The translations under genes were made by a program, and so were the position numbers. Positions 46,863 to 57,105 of a stretch of 64,000 nucleotides of DNA are shown here, piece by piece (position 1 is the first letter of the stretch; every line of letters starts with the position of its first letter). The notes under the pieces were generated by a model. The model saw only the letters and a program-made list of their open reading frames with translations, made no database searches and was not told the DNA's origin. This DNA is from an uncultured Gemmatimonadaceae bacterium. Lineage in GTDB: Bacteria; Gemmatimonadota; Gemmatimonadetes; Gemmatimonadales; Gemmatimonadaceae. Where the stretch lies: contig CAVVTZ010000011.1 of NCBI GenBank assembly GCA_963751275.1, forward strand, positions 128,001-192,000, in the 5' to 3' direction.

Positions 46863-48223
46863 AGAGCGTCGTGCGCGTCGCGGCGGGGCAGGGCTTCTGG
46901 GGCGACTGGCTCGAGGCGCCGCGCCGCCAGGTCGATGGCGGGCCCATCGACTATCTGATGCTCGATTATCTCGCCGAAGTGACGATGTCGATCCTCCAGA
47001 AGCAGAAGGAGCGCGACCCGGCCGTGGGCTACGCGCGCGATTTCGTCGGCGCGATGGAGAGCATCTACGCGGGCGTCGCGGAGCGCGGCGTGAAGGTGAT
47101 CGCGAACGCGGGCGGCGTGAATCCGGTGGCGTGCGCCGCCGCGGTACGGGAGTCGGCGCGCGCGGCGGGCGTCGCGGGCAGGATCCGGCTCGGCGTCGTC
47201 ACCGGCGACGATCTGCTCCCGCGCCTCGATGAATTGTTCGCCGCCGGCCACCCGCTCAAGAACATGGAGACGGGCGAGCCGCTCTCCACGATCCGCGCGC
47301 GCGTGCTCTCGGCGAACGCGTATCTCGGATCGACGCCCATCGTGGAAGCGCTCGCGAAGGGCGCGAACGTCGTGATCACCGGCCGCTCGACGGACACGGC
47401 GCTCACGATGGCGCCGCTGCGCCACGAGTTCGGCTGGGGCGCGACCGACTGGGACCGTCTCGCCGCGGGCATCGTCGCGGGCCACATCATCGAATGCGGC
47501 GCGCAGAGTTCCGGCGGCAACCGCCTGCGCGACTGGCGCAGCGTGCCCGATCTCGCGAACGTGGGCTATCCGATCGTCGAGGCGTCCGCGGACGGGACCT
47601 TCGTCGTGACGAAGCACGCGGGAACGGGCGGCATCGTGGATGTGCCCGGGATCACGGAGCAGCTCGTGTACGAGATGGGCGATCCGCATTCGTACATCAC
47701 GCCGGATGTCATCGCCGACTTCGCGACGATCCAGCTCGCGCCGGCGGGGAAGGATCGCGTGCGCGTGAGCGGCATCAAGGGACGCCCGGCGACGGAGTTC
47801 CTCAAGGTCTCGATCGCGTACCGCGCCGGCTACAAGGCGGTGGGCACACTCGTGTATGCGTGGCCCGACGCGCTCGAGAAGGCGCAGCTCGCCGGGCGGG
47901 TCCTGCGCGAGCGCCTCGACAACCTGGGTCTCACGTTCGACGAGGTGCGCACCGAGTTCGTTGGCGCGTCGGCGACGCATGGTGCGCTCGCGGGCACGCC
48001 GCCGGACCTGCCCGAGGTCCAGCTGCGCGTCGCGGTGCGCGGCCAAGACCGCAAGATGGTGGAGCGCTTCGGTCGCGAGATCGTGCCGCTCGTCCTGAAC
48101 GGGCCGCCCAGCGTCACCGGATTCGCCGGCGGGCGTCCGAAGACGGAAGATGTCGTGGCGTACTGGCCGGCGCTCATCGACAAGCGCGTCGTCACGCCCG
48201 CCGTGCAGGTGGACGCGCCATGA
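46859..48223 (+). CDS. AtuA-family (DUF1446) protein
   Basis: [54 protein letters not shown]. Confidence 0.9.
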   Translation: MKSVVRVAAGQGFWGDWLEAPRRQVDGGPIDYLMLDYLAEVTMSILQKQKERDPAVGYARDFVGAMESIYAGVAERGVKVIANAGGVNPVACAAAVRESARAAGVAGRIRLGVVTGDDLLPRLDELFAAGHPLKNMETGEPLSTIRARVLSANAYLGSTPIVEALAKGANVVITGRSTDTALTMAPLRHEFGWGATDWDRLAAGIVAGHIIECGAQSSGGNRLRDWRSVPDLANVGYPIVEASADGTFVVTKHAGTGGIVDVPGITEQLVYEMGDPHSYITPDVIADFATIQLAPAGKDRVRVSGIKGRPATEFLKVSIAYRAGYKAVGTLVYAWPDALEKAQLAGRVLRERLDNLGLTFDEVRTEFVGASATHGALAGTPPDLPEVQLRVAVRGQDRKMVERFGREIVPLVLNGPPSVTGFAGGRPKTEDVVAYWPALIDKRVVTPAVQVDAP

Positions 48224-48576
48224 GGGTGCGCCTGCTCGACATCGCGCACGCGCGCTCGGGCGACAAGGGCGACACGGCCAACGTCGGCGTCATCGCGCTG
48301 CGCGCGGAGTGGTACCCGGTGCTGGTGGAGCACGTGACCGCCGAGCGCGTCGCGAAGCATTATGGCGCCGAGATCACGGGGCCGGTGAACCGGTTCGAAC
48401 TGCCCAATCTCACAGCGCTGAACTTCCTCCTCCATGGCGCGCTCGGCGGCGGCGGCACGGTGTCGCTCAAGACGGATGCGCAGGGGAAGGTCTTCTCCAC
48501 GTCGCTGCTGCGTCTCGTGATCGATGTGCCCGACGCCGTCGCGAAGCAGCTCGCGCTCCCCGAGGCGCCGCGATGA
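48220..48576 (+). CDS. stand-alone AtuA C-terminal-like domain protein
   Basis: [23 protein letters not shown]....ALGGGG..SL..D.QGK. Confidence 0.85.
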   Translation: MRVRLLDIAHARSGDKGDTANVGVIALRAEWYPVLVEHVTAERVAKHYGAEITGPVNRFELPNLTALNFLLHGALGGGGTVSLKTDAQGKVFSTSLLRLVIDVPDAVAKQLALPEAPR

Positions 48577-49343
48577 GCCGCGTCCGCGCCGCGACCGCCG
48601 CGGGCATCGCGCGGATCACGCTCGCGCGCGCCGACAAGCGCAATGCGCTCGATCAGGCGATGGTGCAGGCGCTGCTCGACGCGGTGCGCGCCGCCGGCGC
48701 CGACGCCTCGGCGCGCGTGGTGCTGATCGATGCGGAGGGCCCCGACTTCTGCGCCGGCGCGGACCTCGAGGCGTTGGCGGCGATGCTCGACGCCGCGCCG
48801 GATCTCCAGCGCAAAGATGCCGATCTGCTCGGCGAGCTCTTCATCGCCATACGGGCGCTCCCGAAGCCGGTGGTGGCCGCGGTGCGCGGCCGCGCGCTGG
48901 CGGGCGGCGCCGGACTCGCGACCGCCTGCGACATCGTGCTCGTGCACGAAGAGTCGCGTCTCGGTTATCCCGAGGTGAAGGTCGGCTTCGTGCCTGCGAT
49001 GGTGATGACGATGCTCCGCCGCACGGTGGGTGAGAAGCCGGCGTTCGAGCTCGTCGCCACGGGACGCCAGGTGGACGCGCGCGAGGCGCTGTCGCTCGGA
49101 CTGGTCAGCCGGGTGCTGCCGGCCGCCACCTTCGACGCCGACGTGGACAAGTTCGCCGCTTCGCTGGCGGCGACGCCGCCCGCTGCGCTGCGTCTCACGA
49201 AGAAACTGTTCTATGCGCTCGACACGCGCGGATTCGAGGCCGGGATCTCCCTCGGCGCGCAGACGAACGTCGAGTCGCGCGGGACCTCCGATTTCCGCGA
49301 GGGCGTCGTGAAGTTCGCGCGCGGCGGCAAGGAGGGCGCGTGA
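48573..49343 (+). CDS. enoyl-CoA hydratase/isomerase (methylglutaconyl-CoA hydratase-like)
   Basis: KRNAL, FCAGADL, PKPVVAAV.G.ALAGGAGL..ACD, PEVKVG..PA. Confidence 0.9.
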   Translation: MSRVRAATAAGIARITLARADKRNALDQAMVQALLDAVRAAGADASARVVLIDAEGPDFCAGADLEALAAMLDAAPDLQRKDADLLGELFIAIRALPKPVVAAVRGRALAGGAGLATACDIVLVHEESRLGYPEVKVGFVPAMVMTMLRRTVGEKPAFELVATGRQVDAREALSLGLVSRVLPAATFDADVDKFAASLAATPPAALRLTKKLFYALDTRGFEAGISLGAQTNVESRGTSDFREGVVKFARGGKEGA

Positions 49344-49513
49344 AGCCGCTCGACGCCGTGAAGGTGACGCTGCTGCTCGTCGCGCTCGCGGTGTGGTTCG
49401 TCGGCATGAAGACGGATTCGCCCCGCGTGATGTACGCGGCCATCGGGATCATGGTGGTCGCGTTCCTCTTGCGCTTCGTGAAACCGCGCCCGCCCGTGGG
49501 AACGCTCACGTGA
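49340..49513 (+). CDS. 57-aa two-TM membrane protein (absent from the ORF track)
   Basis: MKPLDAVKVTLLLVALAVWFVGMKTDSPRVMYAAIGIMVVAFLLRFVKPRPPVGTLT; GTGA overlaps at both ends; AAGGAGG upstream. Confidence 0.75.
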   Translation: MKPLDAVKVTLLLVALAVWFVGMKTDSPRVMYAAIGIMVVAFLLRFVKPRPPVGTLT

Positions 49514-51996
49514 GCACGCTCCGGGTGCCCGAGCTCCTCGCGCCCGCCGGCTCGCTCGACGCCGTGCGCGCCGCCGTCGCCAACGGCGCCGACGCCGTGT
49601 ATCTCGGCGCCGAGAAGTTCAACGCGCGCGACGAAGGCGCTCAGCTCACGCTCGACGAGGTGGCGGCGGCATGCCGGATGGCGCACGAACGGTCGGCGAA
49701 GATCTACCTGACGCTGAACACGCTGCTGAAGCCAGCGGAGCTCGAGGATGCGCTCGAATTGCTCGGCGAGTGCATCGACCGCGGCATCGACGCGGCCCTC
49801 GTGCAGGACGTGGGCGCGGTGCGACTGATCCAGGCGGTCTTCCCGGGATTCCCGATCCACGGCTCCACGCAGATGACCGTGCACGACGCGAGCGGCGCGC
49901 GCCTGGCGCAGCGGCTGGGGATCCAGCGCGTGGTGCTCGCCCGCGAGAACACGCTCGACGACGTGCGCGCGATCCACACGGCGGTGCCCGATCTCGAACT
50001 CGAGACCTTCGTGCACGGCGCGCTCTGCATCGCATATTCGGGACAGTGCCTGATGTCCGGGATGATCAGCGAACGCAGCGCGAACCGCGGCTCGTGCGCA
50101 CAATCATGCCGCAAGGGCTATGCGCTGAAGGACGCGCGCACCGGCGACATGCTCGACGAGGGATTCCTGATCTCGGCGAAGGATCTCGGCGCCACGGAGC
50201 ATCTCGCGGAGCTCGCCGAGATCGGCATCAGCACGCTCAAGATCGAAGGGCGCAAGAAGAAGCCCGAATATGTCGCGACCGTCACGCGCAGCTATCGCGA
50301 ACTGCTCGGGAAGGTGTCGCGCGGTGAGCAGGTGCTGCCGCCGGCGAACGAGCACTCTGACCTCGTCCAGATCTTCAGCCGCGGCTTCACCGGCGGCATG
50401 TTCGGCGGCCGCGCCGGGCGCGACTACATCACGCGCCTGCAGCCGGACAACCACGGTGTGCTGCTGGGCACCGTGACGTCGGTGGGCGACGGCGAGGTCA
50501 CCGTCGAGGTCTCGTCGCCGATCGCGCCGGGCGACGGGCTCGGCTTCGAACCGCCGCCTGGCACCGGCGGCCGGTCGGTGGGCTTCTCGGTCGCGCGCGT
50601 GCGCAATCTCTCCTTCGTGAAGGGGATCACGCGCCAGGTGATCCCGGCGCGCGAGCGCGTGCCGGCGGGGTGGAAGGTGTACCGCACGTCGCAGCCTTCG
50701 CTGAACGAGCGGGCGCGCGCGAGCTTCGCGAACGTCGCGGCGCCACCGGCCGCGCATGCCGTTCGGTTGGATGTGCGCGCCATCGGCGGCGCGGGCGCGC
50801 CACTCACGCTCCTCTTCACGGCCGGCAACGATGCGGTGAAGCTGCAGAGCACCGTCACACTCGCACCCGCATCCAAGCGCGCGCTGGACCAGGCGCAGCT
50901 CCGAGAACAGCTCGGCCGCCTCGGCGGCACGGCCTTCGTGCTCGGCGCCGTGGATGACTCGGCGCTCGCGCCGGGGATGTTCCTGCCGGTGTCCGAGCTG
51001 AACGAGCTGCGCCAGCGCGCCGTCGCACAGCTCGGCGAATCGCGCGCCGGCGCGTCGGAGATCCACGCCGCGGCCCGCCGCGTTCGCATCGCGGCCGCCG
51101 TGGCGGCGCTGGACACCGCGCCACGCGCGCCGGCCGCGCCGTTCATGCTGGCGGCGGATGTCTACAACACCGACGATGCGCGCACGGCCGCCGATGCCGG
51201 CGCCACGGAGATCGCGCTCGATCCCTTCCTTCGCCATCCGATGCCGCCGGTGTCGCGCGTGCGCACGCTCGCGGAGGAGCTGAAGGGGCGCGGGATCGCC
51301 TTCCGGCTGCGCACGCCGACCATCGTGCGCCCCGACGACCGCGGCGCCATCGAGAAATGGCTCGAACTCGACGTCCCGTTCCTCTCGGGGCACGCCGGCC
51401 TCGTCGCCGAGATGGCGGCGGAAGGGAAGGACGTCGTCGCGGATTACGCGCTGAACGTCTTCAACCAACACACGGCTGCCGAGTATTTCAGGCTCGGCGC
51501 GCGGCGGCTCGTGCTCTCGGTGGAGCTCACCCTCGACGAGATCGCCGCGGTCACCGCGCCGTGGGCCGGCGCCGGTTTCGATGTGCTCGCCTATGGCCGC
51601 CCCGAGGGAATGACCATCGAGCATTGTGTGCTCTCGGCCGCCTTCGACCGGGTGGTCACCACGTGCCGCGACCTGTGCGTGCAGAAGCATCCCGAGGTCG
51701 AGCTGACCGATCCGGCCGGGTACACCTTCCCGGTCGCCACCGACGGGCAGTGCCGCAACCGGCTGCTCCATTCGCGCCCGATCGAGGCGTCGGAATTCCT
51801 GCCGCGGCTCTGGCGCACGGGGATCCGCGGTTACCGTTTGCTGTTCAACGTGCCGCGCGACCCGGTGGCCGACACGGTGAAGCGCTGGCGCACTGCGCTC
51901 GACGAACTCGCGCGGGGCGAGGCGCCCGAGACGGCGCCGATCCGCGCGCTCGTGGGCGGCGAGTTCACGCGGGGGCATTATGTGCGCGCCGTCTAA
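49510..51996 (+). CDS. peptidase U32-family Fe-S protein with DUF3656-like region (RlhA-like hydroxylase)
   Basis: ELLAPAG, GADAVYLG, HGSTQM, E.FVHGALC.AYSGQC.MS, NRGSCAQ.CR, KIEGR. Confidence 0.88.
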   Translation: MSTLRVPELLAPAGSLDAVRAAVANGADAVYLGAEKFNARDEGAQLTLDEVAAACRMAHERSAKIYLTLNTLLKPAELEDALELLGECIDRGIDAALVQDVGAVRLIQAVFPGFPIHGSTQMTVHDASGARLAQRLGIQRVVLARENTLDDVRAIHTAVPDLELETFVHGALCIAYSGQCLMSGMISERSANRGSCAQSCRKGYALKDARTGDMLDEGFLISAKDLGATEHLAELAEIGISTLKIEGRKKKPEYVATVTRSYRELLGKVSRGEQVLPPANEHSDLVQIFSRGFTGGMFGGRAGRDYITRLQPDNHGVLLGTVTSVGDGEVTVEVSSPIAPGDGLGFEPPPGTGGRSVGFSVARVRNLSFVKGITRQVIPARERVPAGWKVYRTSQPSLNERARASFANVAAPPAAHAVRLDVRAIGGAGAPLTLLFTAGNDAVKLQSTVTLAPASKRALDQAQLREQLGRLGGTAFVLGAVDDSALAPGMFLPVSELNELRQRAVAQLGESRAGASEIHAAARRVRIAAAVAALDTAPRAPAAPFMLAADVYNTDDARTAADAGATEIALDPFLRHPMPPVSRVRTLAEELKGRGIAFRLRTPTIVRPDDRGAIEKWLELDVPFLSGHAGLVAEMAAEGKDVVADYALNVFNQHTAAEYFRLGARRLVLSVELTLDEIAAVTAPWAGAGFDVLAYGRPEGMTIEHCVLSAAFDRVVTTCRDLCVQKHPEVELTDPAGYTFPVATDGQCRNRLLHSRPIEASEFLPRLWRTGIRGYRLLFNVPRDPVADTVKRWRTALDELARGEAPETAPIRALVGGEFTRGHYVRAV

Positions 51997-52050
51997 CGTG
52001 CCGGCGCCGCGCATTTCGATGCTGCGCCGCGCGCCGCGCCGGTGCAGCGT

Positions 52051-54151
52051 ATGCCGATGAGCACCGTTCCGCCCACGCTCGACGACGTTCGCCAGCTCCT
52101 GCACGACCGGCTCGGCTTCGCCGGCTTCCGGCCGGGACAGGAGCGTGCGATCACGTCGGTGCTGGCCGGGAGGGACACGCTGGTCGTGTTGCCCACCGGC
52201 GGCGGGAAGTCGTTGTGCTTCCAGGCGCCGGCGCTGTTGCTGCCGAAGCTCACGGTGGTCGTGTCGCCGCTGATCTCGCTCATGAAGGACCAGGTGGATG
52301 CGCTCACCGCGCGCGGACTCCCGGCGGCGTTCCTGAATTCCACGCTCTCGAGCGGCGAGATCAGCGACCGGCTCGCGCGCGCCGAGCGCGGCGAACTCAA
52401 GCTCCTCTACGTCGCCCCGGAGCGCTTCGATCTCGGCCGCGCCCTCGACCGCATCGCGGCGATCGGCGTGTCGCTGCTCGCCGTGGATGAAGCGCACTGC
52501 ATCTCCGAATGGGGGCACGACTTCCGCCCCAGCTACCTTCGCGTGCGCCAGGTGCGCGAGCGGCTCGGGCTGCCGCCGACGATCGCGCTCACCGCGACCG
52601 CCACACCCGAAGTGCGCAAGGACATCATCCGCCAGTTGGGCCTCAAGGATCCCGAGATCATCGTCACCGGCTTCGACCGCGCGAATCTCGGCTATCACGT
52701 GATCCGCACGCGCACCGAGGCGGACAAGGACGGCGCGCTGGTGCGCGCGCTCAAGGAATTCCCGGGGCAGGCGATCGTGTACGCCTCCACGCGCCGCGCC
52801 GTGGAGAAGATCACCGAGGTGCTCGAGCACGCGAAGATCCGCGCGCTCGCGTATCACGCGGGCCTCGACGACGACCACCGCCACAGCGTGCAGGACGCGT
52901 TCATGAACGAGGAGGTGCGCGCGATCGTCGCCACGAACGCGTTCGGCATGGGGATCGACAAGTCGAACATCCGGCTCGTGATCCATCATGCGATGCCCGG
53001 CACGCTCGAGGCGTACTACCAGGAGGCCGGCCGCGCGGGGCGCGACGGGCTGCCCAGCGAATGCGTGATGCTGCACGCCTTCCGCGACCGCTTCACGCAC
53101 GAGTTCTTCATCAAGAGCGCCTACCCCGAGCGCGACGTGGTCGAGAAGGTCTACGCCGCGATCATCCGGGCCACCGATGAGAGCGGCATGGCGCGCATCG
53201 CGCCCGCCGACCTCGCCTCGCGCGCCGGCGGCAAGGTCAAGGAGCGCGAAGCGGAGTCGGCGCTGCGCATCCTGATCGATGCCGGCGCCGTCTCCGCCGA
53301 GAACGGCAGCGCGCAGCGGCTCACGGTTCGCCTGCTCGCGGCGCCGGAGCGCATCCGTGCCGAGCTCGGTCCCGGCCACGAAGCGGAGCTCGAGCTGCTG
53401 CGCGCGCTCTGGCGCGCCGTGGGCTCGCGCCTCGAGACCGGCGCGGTGATCGATCCCGACGGTCTCCCTCCCGGCTTCGGCGGCGCGATGGGCGTGCCCA
53501 CGCTCCTCGCGGCGCTCGAGTCGCGGCAATTCCTCGTGTGGGAGCGCACCGGCGTCGGCCTGCGCGCCACCGATCCGCGCGCGCCGCTCGCCAAGTACAA
53601 GGTGGATTGGGACGCGATCGCGCGACGCCGAAAGGCCGAGACCGCCAAGCTCGACGCGGTGCAGAAGTACGCCTACACCGAGAAGTGCCGGCGCGGTTTC
53701 CTCCTCCGCTATTTCGGCGATCCCGCGGCGCGCGACCGCTGCACGGGCTGCGACATCTGTCTCGGCACGCATTGCAAGGACACGGAGACCGAGGTCGCGC
53801 GGCCGTATGCGCACGAGCCCGGCACACCGCGCAAGCCGCGGCCTGCGCGCGCCGAAGCGCGGGGCTCGCGAGCGGTTCGTCGCGCCGCCGTCCGATGATC
53901 CGGATCTCTCCGCCGCGGACCCCGTGCTCGTCGGCGCGCTCAGGCGGCTGCGTCTCACGATCGCCAAGTCGGAACATGTCCCGGCGTACGTCGTATTCCC
54001 TGATAGGACGCTCGTCGAGATCGCGGTGCGCCGGCCGCGTTCCCTCGACGCGCTCGGCGCGGTGCACGGCGTGGGCCCCGCCCGCCTGGAGAAATACGGC
54101 GAGCGCCTGCTCGCCGTCCTGCGCGAAGACAACGGCACCGAGGCCGCCTGA
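52051..54151 (+). CDS. recQ: RecQ-family DNA helicase with HRDC domain, frameshift near 53860
   Basis: PTGGGKSLCFQ, DEAHCISEWGHDFRP, ALTATA, YHAG, QEAGRAGRDG, CRR...YFG..C..CD.C, PAYVVF.D.TL HRDC. Confidence 0.92.
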
Positions 54152-54153
54152 CG

Positions 54154-55372
54154 ATGACCCGCTCTCCGTTCCTGACCGAGCACCATGACGCCGTGCGCGC
54201 AGCGGTGCGCGAATTCGCGGAGGCCGAGATCCGGCCGATCGCCGCGAAGGCCGACGCCGAAGCGAAGTTCCCCTGGGAGACGGTGAAGCGCATGGCCGAG
54301 CAGGGCTTCCTTGGCGTGCCCTGGGACGAAGAACTCGGCGGCGCCGGCCTCGACTATCTCAGCTACATGATCACGATCGAGGAGATGGCGCGGGTGGACG
54401 CCTCGCACGCGATCACGATCTCGGCGCACACCACGCTCGGCACGTCGCCCATCGTGCGTTTCGGCACCGACGCGCAGCGCAAGCAATACGTGCCGCTGCT
54501 CGCCAGCGGGAAAGTGATCGGCGGCTTCGGTCTCACCGAGGAGACCGCCGGCAGCGACGCCGGCGGCACGCGCACCACGGCCGTGCGCAAAGGCGACCGC
54601 TACGTGCTCAACGGCGCGAAGCGGTTCATCACGCACGGCGGCGTCGGCGAGATCTTCGTGGTCACCGCGGTGACGGACAAGTCGAAGCACGCGCGCGGGA
54701 TCTCGTCGTTCATCCTCACCAAACACACCAGCGAGCCGGAGCGCGCGCGGGCCGCCGGCATCGGTCACGATGATTCGATCGTCGCGATGAAGGGTTTCAC
54801 GTCGGGGCGCAAAGAGGACAAGCTCGGCTGGCGCGCGTCCGACACCTGCGAGCTCATCCTGCAGGACGTCGAGGTGCCCGCCGAGAATCTTCTCGGCGCC
54901 GGAGGGGGAGGGCTTCGTCAACTTCATGAAGACCCTCGACTCCGGGCGCGTCGGCATCGCCGCATTGTCGCTCGGCCTGGCCGAGGGCGCGCTCGAGCTG
55001 TCGGTGAACTACGCGCTCCAGCGGAAACAGTTCGGCAAGCCGATCTCCGAGTTCCAGGCGATCCAGTTCCAGCTCGCCGATCTCGCCACCGAGATCGAGG
55101 CCGGCCGTCACCTCCTGTACAACGCGGCCTGGCTCGCCCAACAGGGACAGCCATATGGTCCGCAGGCGGCGATGGCCAAGCTCTTCTGTTCCGAGCTCGC
55201 GATGCGCGCGACGCATCGCGCGGTGCAGGTGCACGGCGGCTACGGCTATACCCGCGACTTCCCGGTGGAGCGCATGATGCGCGACGCCAAGATCTGTGAG
55301 ATCGGGGAAGGGACGTCCGAGATCCAGCGGATCGTCATCGCCCGGAACCTGCTCAAACAGGCGTCCGACTAG
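54154..55372 (+). CDS. acyl-CoA dehydrogenase, frameshift near 54905
   Basis: [52 protein letters not shown]. Confidence 0.93.
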
Positions 55373-55376
55373 CGCA

Positions 55377-55413
55377 GGGGACGATCGACCGATCGAGCCG
55401 GTCGACCGACCCC
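55377..55413. terminator. hairpin between convergent genes
   Basis: GGGGACGATCGACCG and CGGTCGACCGACCCC, 13 of 15 paired; no U-tract. Confidence 0.45.
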
Positions 55414-55442
55414 GTAGCACCAGGCACCGAACGGGCTCGGCC

Positions 55443-56606
55443 CTAGTTCCGCGCCAGCAGCCAAGGCGGCACGTCGATCGAACCGATCACGCCGGCATGG
55501 TCGGACGGCCAGAGGCCGCCGGCCGTCCGGTCCGATGGCCGCGCGCCGACGATCTCCTCATCGAACAGCCCGTGCATGCGGCCCAACACTCGCCGGCCGG
55601 CGCTCCCATCGCGCACCAGCACGAAGTCGATCCGCTGGTCGAGCTGTGAGGGCCCCTTCAAACTCGGATCCTGGCAGCAGGTGACGCCGGTCGCGCCGCG
55701 CGGCTGATTGGACGCGATCCACACATCCGTGAATCCGGCGTTCAGGAGATTCCCGTAGGTGGCCGTCCACGTCGGCGTGCCCTGTTTCGCCGCCGCATTG
55801 GAATTGAGATCACCGGCGAGGATGGTGACGCCGTCCAGCCCCGCGAGGACCGCCTGGAGTTCGATCGCCTGCGCGTCCTGCACCGACGTGGCCGGCGGGG
55901 TCTCGAGATGCGTCGTGATGAACTGGTAGGGCGTGCCGTCGCGGTCGATCGTCAACCGTGCCCAGCCGCGCACGAGCGTCACCGGACCGAGGCTGAGCCG
56001 GGCGTTGAACTGTGCGTGCGCGCTGTCCAGCACCTTCACGTCGTTCCGCCGGATGATCACGTCCCGGTCCGTGAAGTTGAGCCACTGCGAGATGCCGCCC
56101 GTGTGCGGATCGAATGCCAACGGCAGTGTGGAGGACGTCTCTTCCTGCACGAGCGCCACCTGGTACGGCATGCCGCGCCGCGTGATCTCGGCCTGCACCG
56201 ACGCGAGGAGATCGGCGCCGCCGATCGGATGGAACGAACCATCCAGCACCACGAAGCGCAGCGCCTCCTGGAACGAGACGACGTCCGGACGGGCCGCGTC
56301 GATCTGGTCCACGAACTTCGCGGCGCGCGCCGGGATATTGCTCGCCTGCACGTCGTTCCAGAACTTGCCGGTCGCCGCGAGCACGGCGCCGATGTCGGTG
56401 AAGTCCAGCGTGAAGAGCGGACCGGTATCGCCTCCCAGGTACATGTTCTGCGTGTAGATCTTGAAGTCGTGCCGGCGCATGCCGACGCGACTCGCCTCGA
56501 CGCCGGGCGCGACGGGCGCTGTCGCGTCGTTCTCGCACGCGGTCGCGGCGAGTGCCATGAGGGCCAGCGCAGCGAGCGCGCGCGTGGCAGCTGGTGATGC
56601 GGTCAT
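55443..56606 (-). CDS. endonuclease/exonuclease/phosphatase-family lipoprotein
   Basis: lipobox ATAC; TQNMYLG, DVVSFQE, TTHLE, AGDLNS, RIDFV, PSDH; GGAGGGA RBS. Confidence 0.88.
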   Translation of the reverse strand: MTASPAATRALAALALMALAATACENDATAPVAPGVEASRVGMRRHDFKIYTQNMYLGGDTGPLFTLDFTDIGAVLAATGKFWNDVQASNIPARAAKFVDQIDAARPDVVSFQEALRFVVLDGSFHPIGGADLLASVQAEITRRGMPYQVALVQEETSSTLPLAFDPHTGGISQWLNFTDRDVIIRRNDVKVLDSAHAQFNARLSLGPVTLVRGWARLTIDRDGTPYQFITTHLETPPATSVQDAQAIELQAVLAGLDGVTILAGDLNSNAAAKQGTPTWTATYGNLLNAGFTDVWIASNQPRGATGVTCCQDPSLKGPSQLDQRIDFVLVRDGSAGRRVLGRMHGLFDEEIVGARPSDRTAGGLWPSDHAGVIGSIDVPPWLLARN

Positions 56607-57105
56607 CGGTCCCTCCGTGTCGCAGGTTGCCGCCTGGCCGGTTGCCGGCGGGTGCATCGACGCGGACAACCTGGAGGGAGCGCATCAACCGAATCTCAAT
56701 CGACGGGGCGCCGGGGGAGGGAACTGCTGTCGTGGGAGCCACCTAGCCCGCGTCTCCGTCACCCCCTATACTTCTTCGCGCAGCACCATTCCGACTGGTT
56801 GGATCTCTGCGCCCGGTCCGTCGCGCGGCTCGCGATGTCCGGGCGCGTGTAACACCCCGGGGGCGTTCGCGCCCCTGACGCGACACCGTACCACCAACGG
56901 CTTCCGATCGCTCGCCGTTCCGTCGTTCCTCCCGTTCCGGGCCGTGACCCGAGAGCGCGCGAGGCGGCAATGGCGTGCACGATCTCAGTGGAATTCCCGT
57001 TCGGGACCCGCTGGCCGCGCGAGGACACGGACGCGCCACATCGAACTCGCAGGGAGCCCTCCCTTGGCACGCCGAGCCGCCGTGCCTGGGAACGGGCGCC
57101 AGGCA

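Noticed and set aside
45137..48223. 1028-aa carboxyltransferase-AtuA fusion
   Set aside because: The carboxyltransferase tail shifts frame near 46720 and stops at 46862, overlapping the AtuA GTG; these are two genes
49510..51996. U32 protein as a collagenase or protease
   Set aside because: The Cys motif pattern fits the Fe-S hydroxylase role established for U32 members such as RlhA, TrhP and UbiU/V
50104..54957. 1617-aa minus-strand ORF and similar long antisense ORFs
   Set aside because: Antisense shadows of U32, recQ and ACAD, expected at high GC3; no domain motifs
56461..57105. 215-aa N-terminal extension of RNase E/G
   Set aside because: Low-complexity translation that overlaps the divergent EEP gene; homology begins at MKREILIN (57106)
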